Positions 53,230-64,000 of a stretch of DNA of 64,000 bases are shown here, piece after piece. Every line of letters starts with the position of its first letter. Position 1 is the stretch's first letter. The position numbers and the translations under genes were made by a program. The notes beneath the pieces are model-generated. The model was not told where the DNA came from, made no database searches, and saw nothing but the letters and a program-made list of their open reading frames with translations. Source of the DNA: an uncultured delta proteobacterium (lineage in GTDB: Bacteria > Desulfobacterota > WTBG01); assembly GCA_963793865.1 (NCBI GenBank), contig CAWCBP010000004.1:160001-224000 (forward strand), given 5' to 3'.

Positions 53230-53312
53230 ATCTTCTATCAACGTCATTCGGAGATACAGAATACAGCGGGAAAGAAGCGCATCGGAAGGAGTGGCTGCTG
53301 AAACATGCTGCG

Positions 53313-54374
53313 CTACAGGGAACTCAAAGGAGCACCAGCAAGGGCAATGGCATCCTTTGAGGTTTCCTTGATCTGGTACATCGCTTCATCAACCGCCCGC
53401 AGCAGGTCATCCTTGGTCGTGGCATCATCACCGTAAGTGGCCACGCCGAAGCTCGCGGTTATACTGATGTTGTAGCCCTCCTCGGTAAAAAAGACCTCTC
53501 CGTTGATGGCATTTCTGAGCCTGCGCGCCGCGCTGTATGCCTGCCGCTTGTCGGTCTGGGGAAGAATGATGACGAATTCATCGCCGCCGTAGCGGGCCGC
53601 CATGTCAACCTTGCGGATGGTGTTCATGATAACCTCACCTACCTTGGCCAGGGTTCTGCTGCCTACCAAATGCCCGTAGGTGTCGTTCACTTTTTTGAAA
53701 TAATCCAGGTCAAAAAATATGATCGAGAAGGGGGAACGGTACCGCTCGAACCGGTCTATCTCGCCCTTGATAATGTGCTGCAGATGGCGGGCATTATACA
53801 GGCCGGTAACATCGTCGGTGATGGTAAGCTCCTGCACCCGATGGTAATTGCGGGAATTCTCTATGGCGATCGCCGCGTAATCAGCGACGGTGGACAGGAT
53901 GTCCACGTCACTGGTGCTCAGGCTGATAAATTCCCTGGAGTTGATGATTTCGATCACACCCAGCACCTTGTCCTTGATTTTCATCGGTACCGCAATGATG
54001 GATTGGGTGTCGAAATTGCAGATCCGGTCTATTTTATGTGAGAAGCGCGGATCGCTGTTGACGTCGGAGACCAGAAGCGGCTCCCCGTGCATGGCAACCC
54101 ATCCGGCAATGCCTTCGCCCCGCCTGATCCTTAAATCCTTGAGTCTTTCCGCCGCCACCCCCACCGCGACCTCAAAGTAGAGCTCGTCGCTGCGCTCATC
54201 GAGCAGCAGCAGCGACCAGTTGCCGGGCCGGAAGTAGTCGCCCACGGTTTCCATGATTTTTTGCAAAATTTCCCCGATATCAAGGCTTGAGGTAAGGGCC
54301 TTGCCAATTCTGTTGTATATATTGACTTCTTCCTGGTAGCGCCTGAAGCGCTCCTCGATTGTTTTATCCTGCAT
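53313..54374 (-). CDS. GAF-GGDEF diguanylate cyclase
   Basis: GEGIAGWVA GAF; DDVTGLYN, RKVD I-site, YGGDEF. Confidence 0.92.
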   Translation of the reverse strand: MQDKTIEERFRRYQEEVNIYNRIGKALTSSLDIGEILQKIMETVGDYFRPGNWSLLLLDERSDELYFEVAVGVAAERLKDLRIRRGEGIAGWVAMHGEPLLVSDVNSDPRFSHKIDRICNFDTQSIIAVPMKIKDKVLGVIEIINSREFISLSTSDVDILSTVADYAAIAIENSRNYHRVQELTITDDVTGLYNARHLQHIIKGEIDRFERYRSPFSIIFFDLDYFKKVNDTYGHLVGSRTLAKVGEVIMNTIRKVDMAARYGGDEFVIILPQTDKRQAYSAARRLRNAINGEVFFTEEGYNISITASFGVATYGDDATTKDDLLRAVDEAMYQIKETSKDAIALAGAPLSSL

Positions 54375-54408
54375 GGCACTATACGTATCGGATAAAAAAG
54401 AAAATACT

Positions 54409-54435
54409 TAAGGGCGTACGGCCGTACGCCCCTAC
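54409..54435. repeat. GTAG-class REP variant
   Basis: TAAGGGCGTACGGCCGTACGCCCCTAC. Confidence 0.7.
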
Positions 54436-54474
54436 ATGCCTTCTCGTGCTATACCCCGCTAACGTGCACACACG

Positions 54475-55482
54475 TTAGCGATCAATTTTCTCGGGGCGGA
54501 TTAATGACAGGAGGAAGCCGATACCGTAGGAAACCTGCTGGAGGATGAAGAGGAAGGGAACGATGAAAAAAGCCTGTGGTGCGCGCAGCCGCACAACACT
54601 GTCAATTGCGAGTATCGCCAGGAAAATCAGCACCGCCGTGATGCAGGTAAGCAGTACAGCGGGGGCGGCATTAAACCAGGCCGGCAGCAGCGCCAGAAAC
54701 AGAGCGACGACAACCAGCAGCGCCGGCATGACATGCAGGGGCTCAAGGCTTCCACGATGGAGCCGGGCAAGGGTAACGCGGGCCCTGCCCATGTTGAAGA
54801 GCTGCCTTGCATACTGGGCCACGGTGTTTCTTCGCCGGTGATAGACCTGGGCGCGGCCCTGGTAGAGGAGCTCAAAGCCCGCCTGCCGTATGCGAAAGCT
54901 CAGCTCAATATCTTCCGCATGATACATGTTTTTAAATCCGCCGGTTGCTTCATAGGCCTTCCTGGAGATGGCCATGTTGAAGGTGCGCGGATAGAAGCGC
55001 GCCAGCCGCCTGCCCTCCTTGCCCCTCATGCCGCCCGTGGTCAGTGGGGCAGTCATGAGGTAGTGGAAGCAGCGCATGAGCAGGGGATCACGCTCATTTA
55101 TAATTTCGCGCCCGCCTGCCGCCCCAACCGTGCCCGAAGCAAACGGTTTAATCAGCTGCTGAAGCCAGTCCGGCTGCGGGATGCAATCGGTATCGATGAA
55201 GACGAAGATGTCGCCCGATGCCTTTCCCATGCCCAGGTTGCGGGCGGCCCCGGGGCCCCGGTGCTCCTGGGCAAACCAGGAAAAGGGAAACCCGAACCCG
55301 TGCTTGTGCTCATCAAGCCATTCGGGGGTACCGTCACGTGAGCCGTCGTCCACCACGATCACTTCAAAGCCGCCGGGGGCGAGCGTCTGCCGGGAAAGGG
55401 AAGCTAAAAGCAGCCCCAGTTCATTCTTTCGATTGTAGGTGGGTATGATGACGGAAACCGCTCTTTTTTCAATCTGTGCCAC
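54475..55482 (-). CDS. GT2 glycosyltransferase with C-terminal TM helices
   Basis: IIPTYNR, VDDGS, DTD, ED. Confidence 0.88.
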   Translation of the reverse strand: MAQIEKRAVSVIIPTYNRKNELGLLLASLSRQTLAPGGFEVIVVDDGSRDGTPEWLDEHKHGFGFPFSWFAQEHRGPGAARNLGMGKASGDIFVFIDTDCIPQPDWLQQLIKPFASGTVGAAGGREIINERDPLLMRCFHYLMTAPLTTGGMRGKEGRRLARFYPRTFNMAISRKAYEATGGFKNMYHAEDIELSFRIRQAGFELLYQGRAQVYHRRRNTVAQYARQLFNMGRARVTLARLHRGSLEPLHVMPALLVVVALFLALLPAWFNAAPAVLLTCITAVLIFLAILAIDSVVRLRAPQAFFIVPFLFILQQVSYGIGFLLSLIRPEKIDR

Positions 55483-55516
55483 GTATGGATCCTGCTTCAG
55501 GCGAGAGGCCTCAACC

Positions 55517-56440
55517 TTAATCCAGCTGTTCCCTTAAGGTATAGGATTTTTCCCTCTGTGAGGAGAAGACGATGAGTTCCCCCATCAAACCGAAGAAAAT
55601 GAACTGCACACCGAGAATGAGAAGCAGAATGCCCAGGAGGAGGAGGGGACGGTTGCTTATCCACTTGCCCGATATGCGCAGGACCGCCATGTAAATATTA
55701 ATGGCAAGGCCGCTCAGGGAAAGGATCGTGCCCAGCAGGCCGAAAAAGTGAAGCGGCTTTTCAGGATACTTGGTGAGCATGATAACCGTGAGCAGGTCAA
55801 ACAATCCCCGCAGGTAGCGCTCCGATCCGAATTTGGACACGCCATGCATCCTGGGATGGTGCCCTACTTTAACTTCTCCCACCCGGAAACCCTTCCAGTT
55901 GGCAATGGCCGGAATAAACCGGTGGAGTTCTCCATAGAGCGCCAGTTCATCCACCAGCTCGCGCCTGTAGCATTTGAGTCCGCAGTTAAAATCATGCAGC
56001 TTTACCCCGGTAAAAAACGAGGTGACCCGGTTGAACAGCCGCGATGCGATTTTGCGTATGAGCGAATCCTTTCTTTTTTTCTTCCACCCCGACACCAGGT
56101 CATATCCCTGCTCAAGCCTGTGCAGCAGGGAGGGAATTTCCTCCGGCAGATCCTGGAGATCGGCATCAAGGGTGATGATAATTTCCCCCCTCGCCTTCTT
56201 AAAGCCGGCGGAAAGTGCTGTCGATTTGCCGAAGTTTTTTCGGAAGCGGATGGCCTTTACCCGGCTGTCCCGCTTGTGCAGTTTTTGCAGGACGGCAAAG
56301 GAGTTGTCGATGCTCCCGTCATCGACGAAGATGATCTCGAACCGGTCAGAGAGGGTCGCAAGGGTATCGGTGAGCCTCCGGTGCAACTCCTCCAGGCTTC
56401 GCTCTTCATTGTACAGCGGGATTACTACCGAAAAGGCAAT
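55517..56440 (-). CDS. GT2 polyprenyl-phosphate glycosyltransferase (ArnC/GtrB/DPM-like)
   Basis: FSVVIPLYNEE (in frame upstream of the called ORF), DDGS, RKNFGK, DADLQD, DFNCG, ELHRFIP, two C-terminal TMs; start codon unresolved. Confidence 0.88.
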   Translation of the reverse strand: MAFSVVIPLYNEERSLEELHRRLTDTLATLSDRFEIIFVDDGSIDNSFAVLQKLHKRDSRVKAIRFRKNFGKSTALSAGFKKARGEIIITLDADLQDLPEEIPSLLHRLEQGYDLVSGWKKKRKDSLIRKIASRLFNRVTSFFTGVKLHDFNCGLKCYRRELVDELALYGELHRFIPAIANWKGFRVGEVKVGHHPRMHGVSKFGSERYLRGLFDLLTVIMLTKYPEKPLHFFGLLGTILSLSGLAINIYMAVLRISGKWISNRPLLLLGILLLILGVQFIFFGLMGELIVFSSQREKSYTLREQLD

Positions 56441-56753
56441 GGTATTGTCTTCTGATGCAGAGTCATTGTGCTCTTTCCTGACGGGGATTGATCCATTTCG
56501 CTGCGCGGTCAGGCATGTACACGGCCCTGTACCGCGTATTTATACCACAGCAGCCGATGATTTACAACGCATAATAGAAACTGCGCAACCATCTCTGCGC
56601 GACATTTCTTCCCTGACGGAATATGCAAACAGGGGATGATCTTCACTTAAACCTGTTGACGAGCTGACCAGCAAGGTGATACTTATCACGTAACATCTCA
56701 TGCCGGCATGAATCATTGTCACCCTGCACGAAGTGAAGGATTTCAGGTAACCG

Positions 56754-57854
56754 ATGAAAGATCAACCGGAGACGAACCGCCTCTTTTTTCTGCTTGCGAT
56801 CTCAGTTGTGCAGATCGTGATATCGTCACTTCTGCTCAACTATCTCAGCATGGAAAACTGGTCGGCTGTCTTCGCGGAAGACAGCGAGGGGTATATCCTG
56901 GCGGCCCGCTTCTTTTCAGGCCTGGATGCCCCGCCGGAATCGCTTCAACTGTTGAAATACCGCCTTTTCAGTCCTCTTGTTCCTTTTCTGGCTTCTCTTA
57001 TCGGACGAATTGTCCCCCTGGAATACGCATTTCTGATACTCAACTGCTTTTTTTGGATTTCTACCGTCTATCTCGTCTACCGCCTTTCGGAGATTCTCCT
57101 TAACCCGCAGCTTGCATACTGCTGCGCGCTCCTGTTTGCCACCTCTCTTCCTCTCATCGTCTGGGGGCTTCCGGTCATGGTTGATATGGCCTCCTTTTTT
57201 ATGGCCGCGCTGAGCTGCCTCCTGATCATTAACGGCTCTCACAAGCAGGCGGCATGGCTGCCGCTCGCGCTCACGCTTGCACTGGCACTGCTGACCAAAC
57301 CCAACCTCATCTCCCTCGTGCTGTTTTTCGCGTTCTATGCCGGACTGGGGAAAGAATACGGGAAGGCAGTGCTGGTTACAGCTGTTTCACTGTCGCTGGC
57401 TGGAGGGATTTATCTTCTGCTCGGGCTGAGGCTGGAGGATTTTCTTACCCTGGGATATTTGCGCCATCGGGGTCCTGTGTATGTTGCCAATGCCTTCGTC
57501 TTTTGCTTCCACTGGGGCTTACCGCTAGCCGCATGGGGATTCGTCGCGGCCAAAAAGCACCGGTCCTTCTACCGCACCTATCTTCTCAGCGCGTTCGGAT
57601 GCTACCTTGCCTTTGTTCACAACCCCCGCTTGCTGTTCATCGTCTTTCCGGCGGCGCTTCCCCTGGTGGTGCAGGGAATGGAATTGTTAACCCGGGAGAC
57701 AGCGCGACGATGGAGTTTACAACCCCAACGGTCCCTTACATCCCTGACGGTAGGCTATATGCTCACCTCAAACATCCTTGCCGCCATCTACCTGTACATC
57801 ACCCGGGTGCTCCAGTACCGGTCCGTTGAAAGCATCAATCATTTTCTGGGATAA
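56754..57854 (+). CDS. Multi-TM protein, GT-C fold-like
   Basis: EDSEGY after the first TM, YRLFSP, about 10 TMs. Confidence 0.6.
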   Translation: MKDQPETNRLFFLLAISVVQIVISSLLLNYLSMENWSAVFAEDSEGYILAARFFSGLDAPPESLQLLKYRLFSPLVPFLASLIGRIVPLEYAFLILNCFFWISTVYLVYRLSEILLNPQLAYCCALLFATSLPLIVWGLPVMVDMASFFMAALSCLLIINGSHKQAAWLPLALTLALALLTKPNLISLVLFFAFYAGLGKEYGKAVLVTAVSLSLAGGIYLLLGLRLEDFLTLGYLRHRGPVYVANAFVFCFHWGLPLAAWGFVAAKKHRSFYRTYLLSAFGCYLAFVHNPRLLFIVFPAALPLVVQGMELLTRETARRWSLQPQRSLTSLTVGYMLTSNILAAIYLYITRVLQYRSVESINHFLG

Positions 57855-57988
57855 GAAAGCAACCTCGGGTGAGGGTATCTCTAAAATTCCGGCTATGCCC
57901 TGAGACAGCCGCCCCGGGAGTATGTGGTTTGATGGAGGATGGAGACATCTTCCCGATGGCACAGGAAATGATAAAAAATATTTATTGC

Positions 57989-58017
57989 TTGACAACAATA
58001 AGATAAAATATTATTAA
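57989..58017 (+). promoter_or_regulatory. Sigma70-type promoter
   Basis: TTGACA-17 bp-TATTAA upstream of ATG 58052. Confidence 0.55.
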
Positions 58018-58051
58018 ATTCTAAGTATTTGCAATCTGCATAGTTGTTTCT

Positions 58052-60347
58052 ATGTACAGCACCCCCAACACCAATAGTTCTGGCACCCTTACTACATTGA
58101 GCAAAGCACGGTCTTCATACATACCTATTATAGCACTCGTCATCATTTACGCCCTGCTGGGTATTTTCCTTTTCTCTTTTGAAAATTATCCTGTTGATGA
58201 TGACTGGTCGTACATCAAGGCCGCCGAAATTTTTCATCACACGGGGGAGATGAAACTTACTCCCTGGACGGCTATGAGCCTTGTCTTCCAGGTATGGTGG
58301 GGCACCTGCTTCACGAAACTTTTCGGCTATTCTATCGAAATGCTCCGATTGTCCACGCTGGTTATCTCCCTGCTGGGACTGGTTTTTTTTTACCGCCTGC
58401 TGCAGGAGATCAACGTGGGCTGGCAAACCGCTTTTTTACTGGTGCTGTTAATCCTCTTCAACCCTTTTTCCCTGCCTCTTAACTTCACCTTTTTTACCGA
58501 CCACTTTTTTATTTCCCTTCTCTTTGGCGCAACCTATTTTTATTACAAGGCGTGCAAAGAGAACAAAGATCGCTACCTTTTGCTCGCATCGCTTGTGTCT
58601 TCCTGTGCTGTGCTGGTCAGGCAAAACGGCATCCTTATTCCAGTGGCGGTCCTGCTCTATCTTATTGTAAGCGAACGCCCATTCAAAAGTGCCGCGAAAA
58701 AAGGTCTCTTCACCCTTCTCCTCCCAGTAGCGGCCCTCATCGTATACACCTACTGGCTGAATGCCATTCACGGGCCCACTGCCGAATACATCAGGCAATC
58801 ACAGGATCTGCTTGCCAATCTCACAAAACCTCACCTCCTGGTCATCAAGGTGGTATTCAGGTCCTTTTTGTTTCTCGAGTTTATGGGATATTGCCTGCTC
58901 CCGCTCAGCCTCAGCCTGCTGCCCTGTTTCCGGGATCTGGTCAGCAGGAAGAATTATTTTCTGATTGTTTTATTCTGCCTCAGCGGAACGATTTTCTTTC
59001 TATTATTTGAACATATCGGCCTCTATTCCACGACCGATCTTTGGATGAACGGCTTCTGCTACGCCTTCATTTCAGAATACGGATACAGGGATTTCCTGAA
59101 CATCATGTTTTTCTTTCACCGGCTGCTCGATTTCCTTTCCGTGCTGTCTATTGTCTATCTTATCTATCTCTTGATCAAATACAGAAAATCCCTGCAGACA
59201 GCGTTCACCCGCACCTCTCCATCACTGCTGGTTTTGCTCATAGGAATATTCCAGCTGCTCTTTCTCTTCACCACTCTCTACAAATTCAGCCGCTACTACC
59301 TGGTGATTGTCCCGTTTTGCATCTTCCTGATCATGACGCTGCAAACACAGGCCGCGATAAGAAAAAAGGTTTTTGTGCCCCTGCTCCTTGCCTACGCCGT
59401 ATTTTCTTTCGCGGTGACCCAGGACGTGATGAGCTGGAATCAATGCAAATGGCGCGTCAGTCAGGGGTTGTCTGGATAATGGCATCTCCCCTCAGAAAAT
59501 ATCCTCCGGTTTTGCCTGGGATGCCTGGCATGGTTACCGATATACCCTTGACCATCCCTATGCCATCGCGACCCTGAAAGGGGGCATCCCCTGGTGGATT
59601 GAGGACATTCTTCCCACCATTGATCCTGAATATATTGTCTCTAATTCACCCGTTCCCACAGGGTTTGAAAATTTACACTACTTTCACAATGACCGGTACA
59701 GCGTCATCTCCTCGGCCGGTTACTACAGCCTCTTTTACGGAAGAGATATGAAAATTTACGCCTTGAAGAGGGAACGGGGTACGGACCCGCGAATAGAGGG
59801 AATTGCCTCTTTTGACTTTCTGAAAAATCTGCCCGGGGCACAAACCCGGGGGGTGACCGCCCCGGGTACATTCATGCAGATGACTGCTGATATCGGCGGG
59901 GATCAAAAACCTGCCTGGCTGCAGGTTTCGCCATCCAGTGTATTATTCAGGCTGCAATTGCCTTACGGCAGATGCAGGTTAAAGGCAGCAATAGCAATGC
60001 CGGCCTCCTCATGGGATAAACCGGGAGATGGTGTTTTATGCAAAATTTTGATCGATAACATCCTGGTGGAAAATATTTTCACCCAGATTGCCGCTGTGAG
60101 GGTTTCAGAATTAAGAGAGTTTTTGAGACCGAGAACCTTCTTTTTCAAGGAACCCAGCACGTATTTCAATCAATTCATCGATCCGGTGCATGATCATGCC
60201 GCGCGATCGTGGCAGGACATTTCAGTTGATCTTTCTGCCTTTGCCGGGCAGGTTGTAGATATCATCTTTGAAGTCGGGGGCGGGCCGGTCAATGATAATC
60301 AGAATGATGAAGTGCTCTGGGCCAACCCCGTTATAGAAAGCTATTGA
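58052..60347 (+). CDS. ArnT/GT39-like membrane glycosyltransferase with C-terminal soluble domain (frameshift ~59472)
   Basis: DDDWSY, LVRQNG, RYYL; after the shift an open frame (DNGISPQ..) runs into ORF 59748..60347. Confidence 0.75.
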
Positions 60348-60348
60348 A

Positions 60349-61038
60349 ATGTCATCACCGTGGCCGGGGTTCGGATATACTTCTACAGGGTGTATGATGC
60401 TTGCAAAAAGAATGATTTCACCCGGGGTGGTTTTCACCATCGCTTTTTGCATGGCAGCGGGATTCACCGTATCCGCCCTGAATGCAGAATGCAAACCTGT
60501 CATCAAAACAGGGCAAAGCACATGCTATGACAATACCGGAAACCAGGTCGACTGCACGCACACGGGTCAGGATGGGGAGCACCAGATGGGAATGGCCTGG
60601 CCACGTCCCCGGTTCACCGATTACGGGGACGGCACAATTCTCGATAATCTTACGTCTCTTGTCTGGACAAAAGATGCCCAACACGTTAACGGCACGATGA
60701 CGTGGGCCGATGCCCTGGCAGTGTGCAATAATCTCGATTTTGCCGGCCACGCTGATTGGCGGCTTCCCACTGTGCGGGAACTGCTCAGCCTCATGGATTA
60801 TGAACAGCATGATCCCGCCCTGCCTCAGGGCCATCCCTTTGATCATGTGCAATTCATCTTTTACTGGTCCGGCACCAGCTATGATGCCAGTCCCATCAAT
60901 GCCTGGGGCGTGTACCTGTGCAATGGCTACGCGTTCAATTACCACAAAGCCACCAGGGCATACGTATGGCCGGTTCGCACCGCGAAGCGTATTGATGAGG
61001 CAGTGAGTCAGATGAACCCGGAGCATCCGAGCCCCTGA
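60349..61038 (+). CDS. DUF1566 (Lcl C-terminal) exported protein
   Basis: KTGQSTCYD, GQDG, RFTD.GDGTI.DNLT.LVW, DWRLP..REL, YWS, VWPVR. Confidence 0.85.
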   Translation: MSSPWPGFGYTSTGCMMLAKRMISPGVVFTIAFCMAAGFTVSALNAECKPVIKTGQSTCYDNTGNQVDCTHTGQDGEHQMGMAWPRPRFTDYGDGTILDNLTSLVWTKDAQHVNGTMTWADALAVCNNLDFAGHADWRLPTVRELLSLMDYEQHDPALPQGHPFDHVQFIFYWSGTSYDASPINAWGVYLCNGYAFNYHKATRAYVWPVRTAKRIDEAVSQMNPEHPSP

Positions 61039-61049
61039 AGGAAACATTC

Positions 61050-62348
61050 ATGCCATTCAAAGCCATGACCGGCGCCATGAGATCACTAAAAATCACAGAT
61101 GTTTTTTTTTGCTCATTGCCCTCTATTGCGCGGGCCGGTACCTTGTTCTTGACAGCCTGCGATTTGAAGCAAATGATTTCTCGCCCGTATATGTCGCAGC
61201 ACGTTTGATGGCGGATGGAAAGGCCGCTTTACTCTACGACCACCACCCCTATTTATTCAACCTCGTTCCCCCGGGTGAGTTTAAGGAAACCGCAGCACAA
61301 TGTGGATTCAAGGGCACCATAACCCCCTACGTGCACCTGCCGCTCTTTGCGTTTCTTGCCCGGCCTCTTTTGTCCATTAACTTTTCCGTCATAACCATTC
61401 TGTTGCTTGTGATTAATGTGGTCGCGGTGGGTCTTATCACTCTTCCTTATTCTGAGACTCACAAACCAGAAACCTTTGCTGAGATGGCTCTGTATTGCCA
61501 TAGCTGTATTGGCAAGCTATTATCCCCTGCGCTATGGTCTGCGTCTCGGGCAAACAACCCCCCTGGTCTTTCTGGGCATAACCTCCCTTTACTATTTGGA
61601 CAGATCCGGTTATCCAAAACTATCGGGCATGCTGTTAGGATTGATTATAAGCCTCAAAATAACCCCGATCCTTTTATTCTGCTACTTTCTGATAAAAAAG
61701 AGATGGTCGGTGGCCATCTCAACCGTAATCACGCTACTTGTTATTGGTGCGGCCAGTATAATCCTGGCGGGGTGGCAGAGTAACCTTACCTTCGCAAATA
61801 ATATTATCCGGCTGAGCGGATTGAGTCTGGCAAGCTGGAACAATCAATCTATTGACGGATTTTTACTCCGATGGGAAACGGGGGCCCTTCATATCTATGA
61901 CTGGCATCTTTTATCAGTCCCTCCGGCAATCAAGGCAATTAAGTACACATTGCTGGCGTGCGTTGTTCTGTTTTGGTTCGCCGCACTCCGCACCGGCAAG
62001 AGAAGGGACCTACATTACGATCTGCTTGTTTTTTCTCTCACTATTATTATTTCGGTTATGTTTGCCCCCATTGCATGGACTCATTATCTCTTGTTTTTCA
62101 TTTTCCCCTGTCTGGTACTTGCCTGCTTCCTCGTGCGCGACAAAAAAACCCCCTGCCGCAACTGGCTCCTGGGGGGTGTTATTATATCTTATATCAGCAT
62201 TGCCCTTCCGACACCTTACCTTTTGTCACTCCTCAATATCCCTATATTGAATCAGGTACCTTTGACGGTATTGAGTTCCGGCGGTTTCCTGGGAGGTGCG
62301 CTCCTGCTGTTCATCACCTTCATGGCCCTATTTTTGCGGCAAGATTAG
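61050..62348 (+). CDS. GT87/DUF2029 membrane glycosyltransferase (frameshifts ~61105 and ~61440)
   Basis: DF..VY.AA, Y.HLP, LGQ, SLKITP, NQSI, PIAWTHY across pieces. Confidence 0.75.
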
Positions 62349-62400
62349 CATTTGGTTTTTCCCGGGTGTTGTGATATAGAATACCCTGCTTTAGCGGCAC

Positions 62401-63876
62401 ATGAATGCTCGGAGAGAAAAACCAGTGCACTATGATATTGTCATCGGGCTCGAGGTTCATGCCCAATTGCTAACCAAAAGCAAGATTTTCTGCGGTTGTT
62501 CAACCGCGTTCGGCGCGCCGCCCAACACCCAGGTGTGTCCCGTCTGCATGGGCATGCCCGGGGTATTGCCGGTCTTGAACAGGAAGGTGGTGGAACTGGC
62601 CATACGGACTGCCCTGGCCACCCGCTGCCAGGTCGCGGAAACGAGCCGGTTTGCCCGGAAAAACTACTTTTACCCCGACCTGCCCAAGGGCTACCAGATC
62701 TCCCAGTTCGAGAAGCCGCTGGCATCCGATGGCTACATTGACATCGAGGCGGGCGAAGAGAAGAAAACCAGGCGCATCGGCATCACCCGCATTCACATGG
62801 AGGAAGACGCGGGGAAGCTTTTCCACGGGATGGAAGGGGCCTCGGCCAACCACAGCTATGTGGACCTCAACCGCACAGGCGTGCCCCTGATAGAAATTGT
62901 CAGCGAACCCGACATGACCACCCCGGAGGAGGCCGATGCCTACCTGCGCAGCCTGAGGGCCATACTGCAATACCTGGACGTGTGCGACGGCTCCATGGAA
63001 GAAGGAAGCTTTCGCTGTGACGCCAACATCTCGCTTAAACCCGCGGGGCGGAAAGAACTCGGCACCAAGGTGGAATTGAAAAACATGAATTCCTTCCGCC
63101 ATGTGCAGAATGCACTCGCATTCGAAATAGAGCGGCAGAAACAGATGCTTGCCGACGGGGAAACCATCGTGCAGGAAACGCGGCTCTGGGACGCGGACAG
63201 GGGCATTACCACCTCCATGAGAAGCAAGGAGGAGGCGCACGACTACCGCTATTTTCCCGACCCCGACCTGCAGCCGGTCGCGGTCAGCGCCGGGTGGATT
63301 GAATCAATACGCGCGGGCCTTCCGGAGCTGCCGCAGGGGCGGCGCGAGCGCTTTGTGCGGGACTTCAAACTTCCTGACTATGACGCGGAGGTGCTCACCG
63401 GCTCCCGGCAGCTTGCTGACTATTTTGAAATGTGCGTGACCTGCTACCCGCAGCCTAAAAAAGTGAGCAACTGGATAATGGGTGAATTGCTGCGGCTCCT
63501 TAATGAAAGCAAAAAGAGCATCGGGGAATGCCTGGTCACGCCCTCCTCGCTGGCGGCCATGCTCTCCATGGTTGACAAGGGTGTTATCAGCGGCAAAACG
63601 GCCAAGAAGGTATTTGAGGAAATGTATGCCACGGGAAAAGATCCCTCCGCGATAGTCGCCAGCAAAGGTCTGGAGCAGGTTTCCGACCAGGGCGAGCTGG
63701 GCGGGGTGATTGACGGCATTCTCGCGGCGCATCCCCGGCAGGTGGAGGAATACCGTCAGGGAAAAGAAAAGGTGTTCGGCTTTTTTGTCGGCGAGGCAAT
63801 GAAGGCGACCAGGGGCAAGGCTAATCCGCAGCTGATTAATGAACTCTTGAAAAAGAAGCTCGGTGAACATGGCTGA
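62401..63876 (+). CDS. gatB: Asp-tRNA(Asn)/Glu-tRNA(Gln) amidotransferase subunit B
   Basis: [51 protein letters not shown]. Confidence 0.98.
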   Translation: MNARREKPVHYDIVIGLEVHAQLLTKSKIFCGCSTAFGAPPNTQVCPVCMGMPGVLPVLNRKVVELAIRTALATRCQVAETSRFARKNYFYPDLPKGYQISQFEKPLASDGYIDIEAGEEKKTRRIGITRIHMEEDAGKLFHGMEGASANHSYVDLNRTGVPLIEIVSEPDMTTPEEADAYLRSLRAILQYLDVCDGSMEEGSFRCDANISLKPAGRKELGTKVELKNMNSFRHVQNALAFEIERQKQMLADGETIVQETRLWDADRGITTSMRSKEEAHDYRYFPDPDLQPVAVSAGWIESIRAGLPELPQGRRERFVRDFKLPDYDAEVLTGSRQLADYFEMCVTCYPQPKKVSNWIMGELLRLLNESKKSIGECLVTPSSLAAMLSMVDKGVISGKTAKKVFEEMYATGKDPSAIVASKGLEQVSDQGELGGVIDGILAAHPRQVEEYRQGKEKVFGFFVGEAMKATRGKANPQLINELLKKKLGEHG

Positions 63877-64000
63877 CACAATTTTCTGGGAAAACGACAG
63901 GGTTATGCTGCTGGACCAGACAAAACTCCCGGTGGAGCAGGTCTATCTCGCCTGTGAGGACTACCGGGCGGTGGCAGCGGCCATTCAAGGGATGGTGGTG
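63869..64000 (+). CDS. mtnA: Methylthioribose-1-phosphate isomerase, N-terminus (runs off window)
   Basis: [31 protein letters not shown]. Confidence 0.8.
   Translation, partial: MADTIFWENDRVMLLDQTKLPVEQVYLACEDYRAVAAAIQGMVV

Noticed and set aside
44162..54374. Dedicated link between the two diguanylate cyclases and the pga operon
   Set aside because: They lie 35-45 kb away in unrelated contexts; nothing in the sequence links them

Overview
A GC-rich bacterial chromosomal segment, Desulfobacterota/Deltaproteobacteria-like by gene content and repeat types (inference). In order it holds: the 3' end of mutS and mutL; a pgaABCD (PNAG) operon; a repeat-rich patch with a decayed ORF6N gene; and a ~33 kb nitrogen/glutamine/one-carbon cluster. 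That cluster contains serA, purF, carAB, glyA, nadE, a split glutamate synthase in three genes, metF-metV-mvhD, glnA, gdhA, a divergent nrpR followed by a PEP-synthase-like ATP-grasp protein, a GlnR-like regulator, asd, an aminotransferase and glmS. After it come two diguanylate cyclases, envelope and housekeeping genes, a GT2/GT-C glycosylation locus, gatB and the start of mtnA. The most interesting candidate system is an MvhD-MetV-MetF module with no adjacent HdrABC. It is co-directional with a GltD-less split GOGAT that includes a second, apparently non-catalytic FMN/Fe-S paralogue, and it sits beside NrpR/PEPS-like/GlnR-like regulators with candidate operators visible upstream of gdhA, nrpR and glnA. 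About a dozen small frameshifts, including in glmS, are most likely assembly errors. I saw no rRNA, tRNA, CRISPR array or intact transposase.
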